A program made the translations under genes and the position numbers. Positions 1 through 10,203 of a stretch of 64,000 bases of DNA are shown here, one piece after another. The notes under the pieces are model-generated. The model made no database searches and was not told the origin of the DNA. It saw only the letters and a list, made by a program, of their open reading frames with translations. Each line of letters begins with the position of its first letter. Positions within the stretch are counted from its first letter, which is position 1. Origin of the DNA: an uncultured Phycisphaerales bacterium (GTDB lineage Bacteria; Planctomycetota; Phycisphaerae; WQYP01); assembly GCA_963766775.1 (NCBI GenBank), contig CAVYBP010000002.1, positions 406,910 to 470,909 of the forward strand, written 5' to 3'.

Positions 1-431
1 TATCTGGAACGGGTGAAGTCGCTTCGACCCGCGGATCTTGCTCCGGCGCGCGGACGCTCGCGATGCGCCTCCGGGCCGGCGGGATCCGCATGGCACTCGT
101 TTCGGCGAGCCGCAATGCGCGGCTGGTCGTGAAATTGCTGGCGATAGACGACTGGTTTGATGCCATTGTCGATGGCGATTCAGTCAAGAAGGGCAAGCCG
201 GAGCCGGACGGCTTTCTGCTGGCGGCAAGAAAAATGCGGGTCGAGGCGGAGCACTGCGTGGTCATTGAGGACGCGGAGGCAGGAATCAAGGCGGGTCATG
301 CCGCTGAAATGGTCTGCGTGGGGATCGGGAAAAGCGCCAGCGAGGCCGACGTCGTCGTTGACGGCGTGGGCGACCTGACCGTTGAGATACTGGAGCGGGC
401 CTGGGAAGAGGACCGGCATTCTGAATGCTGA
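1..431 (+). CDS. HAD-IA hydrolase, beta-phosphoglucomutase-like, C-terminal part (5' end outside window; apparent frameshift near nt 45)
   Basis: ORF 63..431 reads DGDSVKKGKPEPDGFLLAARKMRVEAEHCVVIEDAEAGIKAGHAAEMVCVGIG, typical HAD motif III/IV. Nt 1-44 read YLERVKSLRPADLAP in another frame, which fits the same family, so the frame changes near nt 45. Confidence 0.7.
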   Translation, partial: SGTGEVASTRGSCSGARTLAMRLRAGGIRMALVSASRNARLVVKLLAIDDWFDAIVDGDSVKKGKPEPDGFLLAARKMRVEAEHCVVIEDAEAGIKAGHAAEMVCVGIGKSASEADVVVDGVGDLTVEILERAWEEDRHSEC

Positions 432-464
432 AGTCTCAATGCAGCAGCCATCATGCTGAATAGG

Positions 465-2432
465 TCATTGCGTGGGGATTTGCAGGATGGTCACGGAATA
501 AGGCGGAAAGGTGTGCGAAAATTGGGGGGCGAGGCCGCTGATTTCTGATGTTGCCGGAACGATTTTGGTGTGGTTGGTGATTGTGTTGGTATCGAGCGGG
601 CTGTCGGATTTGATGATGATGGCTTGGCCGATGGGAGCGACCGTTTTGACGCCGCTGAGAGAGATATCCACATTCTGGGGGGTGGCGATGGTGTTCACAA
701 ATTTGAGATAGATCATGCCCGTGTGCGTGTCGCGCGTCGCGACGTAAAACAGCGCCGGGACTTCACGGGCGGGCGGGGTGGCGGCACCCCGGCGGGTGCG
801 AGGTTGGTATGTTTGCGTCGGCACGTTGGTCGCTCTAATTGGCAGGATCGCGTCGCCGATGTTCGTGGTGAACATTTTTTGGACATAATACGAAGGCGAG
901 CCATAACTGTTCATGGCGTCGTAGCCGATCAGATCAGACGGCCACTGCATCCCACCCGGGTTCACGTTGACAAAGAGGGGAGCGTAGCACGAGAGGGTGA
1001 CGACATCGGAGTTGCGTTCAATTCCGGTCAGGAACGCGGCGTCGCCGAGGGCGGCGTTCATATTGGTGGTCGGCGAGCCTTCCCGCGTCGCCCATTCGCC
1101 GACGAAAATCTTTCGGCCTTCGCGGCTGAATTTATCGTAATGCGAGGCAAGCTCATACATCTCGCCCGCTTGTTTGTAGAAGTGTTCATCCAGCAAGTCC
1201 GCCTTGCGGCTCTTCACGGACGTTGTGGCAATCAGTTGGATCGCGGGATATTTGGCTTTGATGGCATCATAAAACTGTGCGAAACGGCCTTCGTAGCTGC
1301 CGGTCTTGTCAAACCAGTCTTCGTTGCCGATCTCAATGTAATTCAGTTTGAATGGGGCGGGATGGCCATCGGCGGCGCGCTGCGCGCCCCATTTGGTGGA
1401 ACTATCACCGGTGACGTACTCGATTTCGTCGAGTGCTTCCTGGACGAAAAGCTGAAGTTCCGGGCCTGGCTCCACGTGCTGTTTGCGCAGGGCGTAACCG
1501 GCGAAGACGGCAAGGACATTTTCGGCGTGCATGTCCTCGGTCCATTCGAGATATTCCAGCAGGCCCATCCCGTCGGTGGAGGCGTAAAGCCACGGGCTTG
1601 GGTGCCCGGAGCGGCGTTCGAGCGGACCAATCGTGTTCTTCCAGTCGAACCGTTCTTCGATGGTGTTGCCTTCGAGATAATTGCCGCCGGGGAAGCGGAG
1701 GAACGCGGGCTTCATGTCGACGAGCATCTGCATGAGGTCGGTGCGGTTGCCGTTGGGGCGGTTGTTGTAAGTGGGCGGAAACAGAGAGACAAGATTGAAC
1801 CAATACGTACCCGCGGAACCGGTGGAGAGAACGAAGTGGTTGCCCGTCGAGGGGGTGCATTCGCCGGTGGTGAGAGTGACGGTGTATTGCTGCCAATCGT
1901 TGGTGAGGGTGGGAACTTCGGCATGAGCGAAGACTGTCTTGCCATCGTTGGATTCAATGGAAACGGTGAGCGGACCCTTTGCGGCAAAGACCGAGCGTTT
2001 GGCGTAGAAAGACGCTTTGTAGGAGGTGTTGGGCTTCACGGGAATGCCCCAGTAACCTTCGTTGGCGATGGAAACGTGCTGGTCCTTCCCGAGGCTGTCG
2101 GCATTGAGTTTGAGCGAGACGGGCAGGGCGGCGCTGAGCGGAAGGTTGACGTCGAGCGTCGCGGTGCATTTGCCCCCGTCCGCCTGTTGCAGCGTCCAGT
2201 GCGCGGGCGTGGAGAGATCATCCTTGAAGCTGCGGTTGCGGATCAATTCGCCGTAGAGGCCGCCATCGTAGGAAAAATTAATCTCCTCGGTCATGAGGCC
2301 GTAGAGGGCGGGGCTGACTTTTCCCGACGGCTTGTCAACATCAATATGAAGGGCCGGGTCTTTCGCGAAAGACGCAAGCGGGCTCGTGGCCAGCGTGCAA
2401 AGCGTCAGAATGGAAGCGATTTTCGTGTTCAT
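465..2432 (-). CDS. secreted GH51 alpha-L-arabinofuranosidase
   Basis: The internal ATG at 2432 gives the signal peptide MNTKIASILTLCTLATSPLASFA. RFPGGNYLEG and YIEIGNEDWF are GH51-type motifs. The 121 upstream codons of the listed ORF are Arg/Pro-rich and are probably not translated. Confidence 0.85.
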   Translation of the reverse strand: MNTKIASILTLCTLATSPLASFAKDPALHIDVDKPSGKVSPALYGLMTEEINFSYDGGLYGELIRNRSFKDDLSTPAHWTLQQADGGKCTATLDVNLPLSAALPVSLKLNADSLGKDQHVSIANEGYWGIPVKPNTSYKASFYAKRSVFAAKGPLTVSIESNDGKTVFAHAEVPTLTNDWQQYTVTLTTGECTPSTGNHFVLSTGSAGTYWFNLVSLFPPTYNNRPNGNRTDLMQMLVDMKPAFLRFPGGNYLEGNTIEERFDWKNTIGPLERRSGHPSPWLYASTDGMGLLEYLEWTEDMHAENVLAVFAGYALRKQHVEPGPELQLFVQEALDEIEYVTGDSSTKWGAQRAADGHPAPFKLNYIEIGNEDWFDKTGSYEGRFAQFYDAIKAKYPAIQLIATTSVKSRKADLLDEHFYKQAGEMYELASHYDKFSREGRKIFVGEWATREGSPTTNMNAALGDAAFLTGIERNSDVVTLSCYAPLFVNVNPGGMQWPSDLIGYDAMNSYGSPSYYVQKMFTTNIGDAILPIRATNVPTQTYQPRTRRGAATPPAREVPALFYVATRDTHTGMIYLKFVNTIATPQNVDISLSGVKTVAPIGQAIIIKSDSPLDTNTITNHTKIVPATSEISGLAPQFSHTFPPYSVTILQIPTQ

Positions 2433-2489
2433 AAGGTACCCTCTGCGGAATAATAATGCAGGCGACATGATCGTGAAGTTGGAAAGTAA

Positions 2490-2954
2490 GTGAACGTTGT
2501 CGATTACGCAAGAAGTTGCAAGATGAATGCCGCGCGGTGCGTGATTCGGTCTTTGTGGACGGCCCCGACCTCTATGATTGGGTTGGGCATCGGTGCCTGC
2601 TGCACACCGTTTGGCGCACGTTGGCGAACAGATTCGGGGGTCGTGGAAATTTGTGGCGGCGGTGTCGCATGGCTGCTGGAGCACGCCACCGTCCTGCCGG
2701 GCGGGGTTCTCGCAATCACGTTTGGAGAAGTGGTGCTTGCGCGGAGCGAGGCGGCGCTGGATATGACGCGCGACCACGAGCGCGTACATGTTCAACAGGC
2801 GAGGCGGTGGGGGCCGTTGTTTATCCCCGCGTATTTATTCGCGAGCATCATCGCGATGCTGAAGGGGCGGCCCGCGTATCGCGGAAATGTGTTTGAAATC
2901 GAAGCCTATGCCGTGAGTGATGGCCGGCGAATGTCTCATCGAGATGAAAATTAA
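2490..2954 (+). CDS. conserved hypothetical membrane protein (HERVHVQQARRWGPLF motif)
   Basis: The ORF is divergent from the GH51 gene. It has a hydrophobic C-terminal segment, and I recall the HExxHVxQ..WG motif from an uncharacterised family. The start may be ATG 2523. Confidence 0.5.
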   Translation: MNVVDYARSCKMNAARCVIRSLWTAPTSMIGLGIGACCTPFGARWRTDSGVVEICGGGVAWLLEHATVLPGGVLAITFGEVVLARSEAALDMTRDHERVHVQQARRWGPLFIPAYLFASIIAMLKGRPAYRGNVFEIEAYAVSDGRRMSHRDEN

Positions 2955-4102
2955 ACCCGAGGCGGCTGGGGCGGATCGACGATCCGGATCGACTCCTCCT
3001 CCGCGATCTCGCTCACATTGCGATCCGAACGGTCGTCGCGGGTGTCGGCGAACGTGTGCTTCTCGCTTTCCATCGGCGGCAGGCTGGGCAGGCTATTGAT
3101 CCGGTCGATCATCAGCCGCAGCTTCGCGAGAGAACGTCGATCGAATTTTAGAACAATGCGCGAATACTGCGGCACCAGCGTCTCTTCGTCGATGATCTGC
3201 GTTGCGCGGTTTTCGATTTTCCCGCTCAGGCAGATTTCACCGAAATCCGCGTTCAATTGTGCGAGTTCCTCCGCGGTGGGGGCCTGTTTCACGCGGAGAA
3301 AAAGTTCATCGCGCAGATAACGGCACGAGTGATAGTTCCGATAGAACTTCTGGATGTGATCGAGCGCGTCCTGGGCGTCGTTGGTGATGTAGTAAAGGGC
3401 CGGGTCTTCTTCACTGACCAGACCGTCAGCGATAAGTTCCTCGCGGATAAACTTGTCCCAGCTTCGCCAATACGTCCCGCCGGGCTGCTCAATGAGAACA
3501 ATCGGCAGCGGATCGCAGCGGCCCGTTTGAACGAGGGTGAGAACCTCAAAGCCTTCATCATGGGTGCCGAAGCCGCCGGGAAAGAGGGCGATGGCGTGCG
3601 TCTCTTTGACGAAGACAAGTTTGCGGGAAAAAAAGTAACGGAAGTGGATCAGCTTCTCGTCACCTTCGATAACGGAATTGGTGCGTTGCTCAAACGGCAG
3701 CTTGATGGCCACCCCAAAACTGGCCGCCTGCCCCGCGCCTTCATGCCCGGCCGCCATGATGCCCCCGCCTGCGCCCGTGATGCACATAAAGCCCGCATCG
3801 GCGAGCAGCTTCCCGAACGTTTGCGCCAGAATGTAATTTGGATGCGTCGGCAGCGTGCGTGCCGACCCGAACACTGAAATCTTTCGGCGCTGGCGGTAAG
3901 GCTTAAAGACTTTGAAGGCGTAGCGCAGTTCCTTGAGCGATCGGTCCATCAGCTTCATCTCGCCCCGACCCGGCTCGTCCTTCGCGAGTTTGATCACGGC
4001 CTGCAGCATGTCGGCGGCCAATTCGCGGTCTTTTGTGACGCCCGCCTCGTCCAAGAGTGCAAACAGTTTGTCCTGTAAGACGGCATCCATTGTTCGAGTC
4101 AC
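2951..4102 (-). CDS. LOG-family (TIGR00730 / PpnN-like) nucleotide 5'-monophosphate nucleosidase with C-terminal extension
   Basis: GAGGGIMAAGHEGA and PGGFGTHDEGFEVLTLVQTG are the LOG-family signature motifs. Confidence 0.8.
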   Translation of the reverse strand: MTRTMDAVLQDKLFALLDEAGVTKDRELAADMLQAVIKLAKDEPGRGEMKLMDRSLKELRYAFKVFKPYRQRRKISVFGSARTLPTHPNYILAQTFGKLLADAGFMCITGAGGGIMAAGHEGAGQAASFGVAIKLPFEQRTNSVIEGDEKLIHFRYFFSRKLVFVKETHAIALFPGGFGTHDEGFEVLTLVQTGRCDPLPIVLIEQPGGTYWRSWDKFIREELIADGLVSEEDPALYYITNDAQDALDHIQKFYRNYHSCRYLRDELFLRVKQAPTAEELAQLNADFGEICLSGKIENRATQIIDEETLVPQYSRIVLKFDRRSLAKLRLMIDRINSLPSLPPMESEKHTFADTRDDRSDRNVSEIAEEESIRIVDPPQPPRV

Positions 4103-4356
4103 GGCACGACCTCTGTAGAAGCAAAAATCCCAAGCCGTTCCAGCTTACGGACCACGCCCCAAAACTCAACTCACAATCCCCGAATTCAAGTGCATAATTC
4201 CTCTCGCCGCCATTCCCCCCCTCAGTGTTCCAGATGAATGATTCAGAAAAACATCGACAATTCCTCAACCTTCCTGCACAATCCCCCTATCCGCGCTGTA
4301 TCCGTGCAACCAGCCAATGTCGCTGGACCGCTGTTCTGAACCCGTAATGATGGATC

Positions 4357-6311
4357 ATGCTTATGCTCTATTCGCTGTCCCCCGCAGCCGTGACGATCTT
4401 TTTGTGCTTTGTGAGTGCGGTACTCGCGCTGTCATTTTTCCTGGGCCGAAAGGCGAAATCAGCGAAAGGCTACTATGCCGCCCACGGACAAATTCCGTGG
4501 TTCATCAATGGAATCGCTTTCGCCGGCGACTACCTGTCCGCCGCCTCATTTCTCGGCATCTGCGGATACATCGCCTTCTACGGATATGACGGCTTCCTTT
4601 ACTCGATCGGCTTTCTCGCCGGCTGGGTGGTCGCTCTTTTTGTCATCGCGGAACCGATCAAGCGCCTTGGCAAATTCACCTTCGCCGACGCACTCGACTC
4701 GCAGTTCAATTCCCGCGGCATCAAACTCACCGCCGCGATTTCCACCCTCATCGTTTCCATTTTCTACCTGATCCCGCAGATGGTCGGCGCGGGAGCACTC
4801 ATCAAGCCGCTGCTGGGCCTGCCCTTTGAAGTCGGCGTCATCGGCGTCGGCATCATTGTGATTCTCATCGTCGTGACCGCCGGCATGGTTTCGACGACGT
4901 GGGTGCAATTTATCAAAGGTTCGCTCCTCGTGCTCTTTTGCGGCCTGATTACCTGCATGCTTTTCGCACGCGGCCTTTCAGCCAAGCCGCAAAATGAGTT
5001 TCCCCGTACGCTCTCAATGCAGTCTTCAAAGAGCAAATGGCTCCGACCGACACCCTGCTGACCAACACCGGCGGTTGGGCGAAAACGCATTATGCCCGCG
5101 TTCATCATGCCGACGGCTCCGTCTCCGTCTGGAAATTCAGCGGAATGGAACGGCTCGACCTCGCATGGAACGCCGCCACCTTTATGGAATGTCAGATGCT
5201 GACGGTGACCCCAGCCGGCAAAAAACTGGTCAACGGCCTGCCCCAAAAAGCCGCCACCGAAACCGCACCCGCCAACGACCTCCACCCCACCGGTTTTATC
5301 CAGCGCTTGCCCAAGGATGAAACCAACACCGGTCCCCTCGGCCCCCTCTCCTTCCTCGGCACGATCGAACAATCCGATATCGGCCTGCCCAAGTCGGAAA
5401 TCGTCGATGATGACGCCGGCAAGAACACGATTTTTTATTCCGCCATCACGTCCGGCAAAGATGTCCTCTCCGCCGGCAACAACCCCACTCTTTTCAAGGG
5501 TATCAAGTCCAAAACCACCAGCGACCGACTCAATTTCATCTCGTTCATGCTCGCGCTCTTCTTCGGCACCGCCGCGTTGCCTCACATCCTCATCCGCTAT
5601 TACACCGTGAAGGACCAGGCCTCCGCACGCAAATCCACCGTCGTCGGAATCACCGCCATCGGCCTCTTTTATATCCTTACCCTTTACCTCGGCCTTGGCG
5701 CGATGACCTCCGGAATGCTGGACCCGACCGACTCCAACATGGCCGCTCCACTCCTCGCGAAATCGTTCGGCAATCTCGCGTTCGCGTTCATCTCCGCAAT
5801 CGCTTTCACCACCGTTCTGGGCACCGTTTCAGGTCTCATCATGGCGGCCTCCGGTGCGGTTGCGCACGATCTTCTGCATAACCTTCTGGACATGAACCTC
5901 GACGACCATGCCAAGGTCCGCGCGGGTAAACTCGCGTCCGTCGTCGTCGGCATCATCGCCATCATCCTCGGCATTCTCTTCCAAAAAATGAACGTCGCCT
6001 TCCTCGTGGCTTGGGCGTTTAACATCGCCGCCTCCGCCAATCTGCCCGCGATCACCATGCTGCTGTTCTGGAAACGCACCACGCGCCAGGGCATCACCGC
6101 TTCCATCCTGGTCGGCCTACTGTCGTCCCTGACCTGGATTCTGCTGTCCACCGACGCCTACGTGAATCTCTATGGCCTCCCCGCCACCCGGTCCCCGGTT
6201 CCGTTTAACCAACCCGCGCTTGTCACGATCCCGCTGGCGTATTTGACGCTTATTGTGGTGAGTTTGGCGACAAAAAAGACGGATCGCATACCGCTTGCCG
6301 CAAGGTCCTAA
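4357..6311 (+). pseudogene. actP: cation/acetate symporter ActP-like (SSS family), split by a 1-nt frameshift near 4991-4997
   Basis: ORF 4357..5061 matches the ActP N-terminal half (GDYLSAASFLGI, IPQMVGAGALI, TTWVQFIKG). ORF 5037..6311 carries GTAALPHILIRYYTV and the C-terminal TMs. The second frame is open back to 4998. Confidence 0.8.
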
Positions 6312-6334
6312 TATCCGCTGAATCGCCAAAGAGA

Positions 6335-6402
6335 AACCGCCGATGAACGCAGATAAACGCCGATAAAAAAACATCGGCGTTCATCCGCATTCATCGGCGG
6401 TT
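6335..6402. terminator. nested hairpin between convergent actP and GH35 genes (putative bidirectional terminator)
   Basis: The outer inverted repeat is aaccgccgatgaa (6335-6347) / ttcatcggcggtt (6390-6402). The inner stem is acgccgat (6357-6364) / atcggcgt (6373-6380) around an A-rich loop. Confidence 0.5.
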
Positions 6403-6428
6403 CCCATTCATCCCCCTCGTTCCCCCGA

Positions 6429-8395
6429 TCACTGAACCCCGCCGCCCTCATCACCCTGCCCAGCCACATGAGCGACACCCTTCTTCGCGCCGCCCACCCA
6501 ATAAGGCGCGAACGGCTTCGTTTCGCTCTCCACCATTTTCGTCACGCCTTTCACTTCCGGCGTCGCCGGCGGAGTGCCGAGTTCAAGAACGGTAATTTTG
6601 TTCTCGCCCGCCTTTTCCCACGCCCCCGGCAAATAAAGCGAGCGGCTCGAGCCCACATCCCAGAACCGCCCCAGATTGTGCCCATTCACCCACACCACCC
6701 CAAAATGCCATTTGCTCATATCCAAATAAGTCTCACCCGTCGCACTCACCGTGAACGTCCCCTCATACAACGACGGCCCGGTCGGAGCACCTTTTGCCCC
6801 GACTGCCCCCGCGCCGGAAGCCCCGCAGGGTCATCCATCGGCAATGACACCATCTCCCATCCCGTTAACGCCTTCCCATCCAACGTCGGATTCTCGATCA
6901 ACCCTTTCCGTGAATGGGCCTGATCGAACGGTGAACTCGTCCGCCCAAGATTGTGCACCAGAATCTCCAACTCGCACGGCCCCCCTCCCCCCCGTCGCTC
7001 ACCGCCGTCGTCACCGTCTCCGTTCCCTTCGGCCCATTCCGTCCACTCGGCTGCGTCATCCCCTCGCCCACCACCCGCCCATCAATCATCACCCACGCAT
7101 AATCCCGCACCACTGGCAAGGTCAACGCCCCCTTCAACCCATTCTCAAACCGCTTCCGGTACAGCACAAAACCATACGACTGATCCAAATCCTCCATCGA
7201 CTTCACATCTTCAGACGTCATCGCCGCCTTCGGCAATCGTCCCAACAACGGCGAATCCAGCGTCAGCGAAAACGCGGGCACCTCAATCACATTCGGCCCG
7301 GTCGGAGGCTCCGGCGGCGTGATGTGAAGATTCTTCACGAACAATTCCCGAAGTGCAGTGTATTTGGGAGTAATGCGCCCATTTCATCAATCGGCGCATC
7401 GTAATCGTATGTCGTCTGCATCGGCCGCCCGGCGTTCGATCCCGCGGTAAAACCGAAGTTCGTCCCGCCATCGACAACGTAGTAGCAAAACGACACGTTC
7501 TTCTGGTCCAGCAAAAACTGAGTATCAGACAGTTGTTGCTGAGTGGAAACACGCATCAGATTTTTTCCCCACAGGTCAAACCAACCGGTATAGACCTCCG
7601 GGGAATAGACCGGCATTCCATGATTCACTTTGCGGGCGTCGTCGATGCGGTTCGCGGTCTGTTTTTTGAAGCCGTTGTATCCGCGAAGGATTCCCGGAAT
7701 GCCGTTGGAATTCTGCCACACGCCGCCGCTGTGATCGCAGGTCATGAGTTGCCCATCGAATCCGCCTTTGACGAAGATATCGCGCAGCTTCGCAAGATAC
7801 GGATCAATTTTGCCGTACTCATTTTCGAATTGGGTCATCAAAATCGGGCCGCCGTGGTTGACCTGAAGGTCGGCAACCTGCTTGCCGAGGGCAGTCACAT
7901 ACTCCTGACAATAGCCAAGAAATTGTGCATCATCCGAGCGCAGCTTCATCCCCTTGTGCTTGAGCATCCACGCGGGATAGCCGCCGAATTCCCACTCGCG
8001 CAGACGTACGTACCCACGCGAAGCACTACCCACAGCCCATTGTCCTGGCAGAGTTTTACAAAGCGGCGAACATCGGTCATGCCGTCAAAAACGAACTCGC
8101 CTTCTTTGGGTTGAATCTGGTTCCAGAAAATGTAGACGCTGACGGTGTTGAGGCCGAGCGCTTTGATTTTTTTGATGCGGTCTTCCCACGCCTCCGCCGG
8201 AATGCGGCCCGGATGAATTTCGCCCGCGATGAGCCGCATTGATCGGCCATCCAGCCAGAACTGATCGTCCCGCAGTTCGAGTTTGTGCGTTTTGCCATCG
8301 GGAATCGGGTCGGCAGCGAGTGCGCGCACAGTGCCGCTCGCCGCACCAAGAATTCCCGCCGCCAGAGCCGCCCGCATTGTCCAGTGAATCGCCAT
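6429..8395 (-). pseudogene. GH35 beta-galactosidase, broken into at least four frames
   Basis: The pieces are 7946..8554 (IHPGRIPAEAWEDRIKKIKALGLNTVSVYIFWNQIQPKEGEF), 7335..8033 (EWEFGGYPAWMLKH, QFENEYG), 6898..7344, 6746..6970 and 6429..6770. Together they read as one GH35 sequence. Shifts lie near 7998, 7378, about 6900-6970 and about 6750-6830. Confidence 0.85.
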
Positions 8396-8543
8396 ACGTA
8401 TCCTCCGCGTAAATCGTACAAACCCGGAAAGGATCCACACCTTATCGTGGCAGGATTGATTGAGCCAGTGCGTTTGACGCCTCCCGCTTCTCTCGTGGAT
8501 ACTGGCGTTTTCACCTGAACCAGACAATTCCACGGAGGTCGCC

Positions 8544-9236
8544 ATGGATCCCACCGAACACGTGCAGGAACATTTGCAGCATACCGCCGCCCACGGCGAT
8601 CATCATGACGGCGGCGGTCATGGGCATGGTGGGGGGGGCGGGTCGTCTCGCTGGATCACGGCGGCGGCATTGACTGCCGCCATCATCGCCGCATTTGCCG
8701 CGGTCAGTGGTGCCCTCTCCAACGGCCACCTGACGGAATCGACCCACAAACGCATCGACGCCAACGACCAATGGTCCTATTACCAGTCCAAGTCCATCAA
8801 GTCCTCGAACATTGACACCCGCATCTATATGGCCCAGCTTTCTCACGTGCCGCCGTCGAAGAAAGATGTTGCCAAACGTGCCGAGTACGAGGCCTCGCTT
8901 CCAAAAATTCAAGAATATGCCGACGCCCTCGTGACGATCTCGGATCAGCACGTGGAAACCCACGAAACCTACGAAACCGCCGAAACCATATTCCACATCT
9001 CGATTGCGATCGTCGCGATCGCCGTCGTCGCGAAGAGGCGGTCATTCTGGTACGTGTCGATGGCGATGGGGATCGCGGGTCTTATATTTTTCGGACGCGC
9101 ATACACCCATCACATCAACCCGGACCCTGAACCGATTGCGCAATCCGGAAGCGCCGCGCCGCCGGAAGGTGGAGCAACAGCTCCCGCACCCGCGCATCCC
9201 GGGCCAGCCGCGAGTGCCCCGGCCGCTCTGCCCTAA
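8544..9236 (+). CDS. DUF4337-like membrane protein with His/Gly-rich N-terminus
   Basis: It has NDQWSYYQSKSIK and two flanking TM segments, as in DUF4337 proteins. Confidence 0.7.
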   Translation: MDPTEHVQEHLQHTAAHGDHHDGGGHGHGGGGGSSRWITAAALTAAIIAAFAAVSGALSNGHLTESTHKRIDANDQWSYYQSKSIKSSNIDTRIYMAQLSHVPPSKKDVAKRAEYEASLPKIQEYADALVTISDQHVETHETYETAETIFHISIAIVAIAVVAKRRSFWYVSMAMGIAGLIFFGRAYTHHINPDPEPIAQSGSAAPPEGGATAPAPAHPGPAASAPAALP

Positions 9237-9246
9237 CCGTCTTAAA

Positions 9247-10004
9247 ATGCCAAAAACGCCGCACCATCCCAACGAGTTTCTTCCCACGCGATGGACGCTG
9301 GTCCTTGCCGCGAAGGATGGCGACACTCGTGCCGCGCGCGCCCTCGAAGACCTCGCCCGCGCCTACTGGTATCCCCTTTATGCTTTCGCCCGGCGCCAGG
9401 GACTTTCGCCAGAACACGCCGAGGATGTCATTCAATCGTTCTTCGCCGCTCTCATCGAAAAGCGAGTCCTCTCCAGCGTCGATCGCGCCAAGGGCCGCTT
9501 CCGCTCCTTTCTTCTCGCCTCCCTCAAAAACTTTCTCGCCAACGAATTTGACAAGGCAAACGCGCAGAGCGCGGTGGGGGGGGCGGGGGGAGTGGGGGGG
9601 GCAGGGGGATGACAATCCATTCCTTGTCGCCCTTTGAAACGGGGGAGGGCGAATCTCGTTATCGCTACGAACCCGTGGACGACATGACGCCGGAAAAGTT
9701 ATTTGAACGGGGATGGGCTCTCGCCGTTTTGGCGAGCGTGCTTGGACAGCTCGAAGCGGACTACACGGCCCGAGGCGAAGCCGCTCTCTTTGCCGCCCTC
9801 AAACCGCTGCTCACCGAAACCGCACCCGCGCAATCCCACGCCGCGATAGCCCAAACCCTCGAAACCACCGAAGGAGCCATCAAAACCGCCGCCCACCGAC
9901 TCCGACGCCGATATCGTGACATCCTCCGCCAGCAGATCGCCCAAACCGTCGACACACCGGAAGAAATCGATGAGGAAATCAACTATCTCCTGAATTGCCT
10001 GTAA
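9247..10004 (+). pseudogene. ECF-type RNA polymerase sigma factor (kinase-associated type), 1-nt frameshift near 9567
   Basis: TRWTLVL...AYWYPLYAFARRQG...RFRSFLLASLKNFLANE is the N-terminal (region 2-like) part, in the frame of ORF 9004..9612. The frame of ORF 9609..10004 is open from 9567 and reads ERGGGGGGSGGGRG..., then a C-terminal part (AIAQTLETTEGAIKTAAHRLRRR). The sequence has cagagcgcggt where cagaagcgcggt (QKRG) is expected. Confidence 0.8.
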
Positions 10005-10203
10005 CCTTTCCAATAATTTCCTTCTGTAACTGTCGGGAAGCGGCCTTTCACCACGAACGCACGGAGGCCCGGAGACACAGAAGGACGCACGGATATCATT
10101 ATTCCGGTGCGGGTCTCCGAGCCTCGTGCCTCAGTTGTGAAAAAATGCCCTCCCCGGCGAACCATTCTCGCTGAAGCCCCGGCCCCCAGCGCATCGAGAT
10201 TCC

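Noticed and set aside
570-2453. 627-aa plus-strand ORF
   Set aside because: It is antisense to the well-supported GH51 gene. The composition is Gly/Arg/Val-rich and low in complexity, as expected for a shadow ORF in high-GC DNA.
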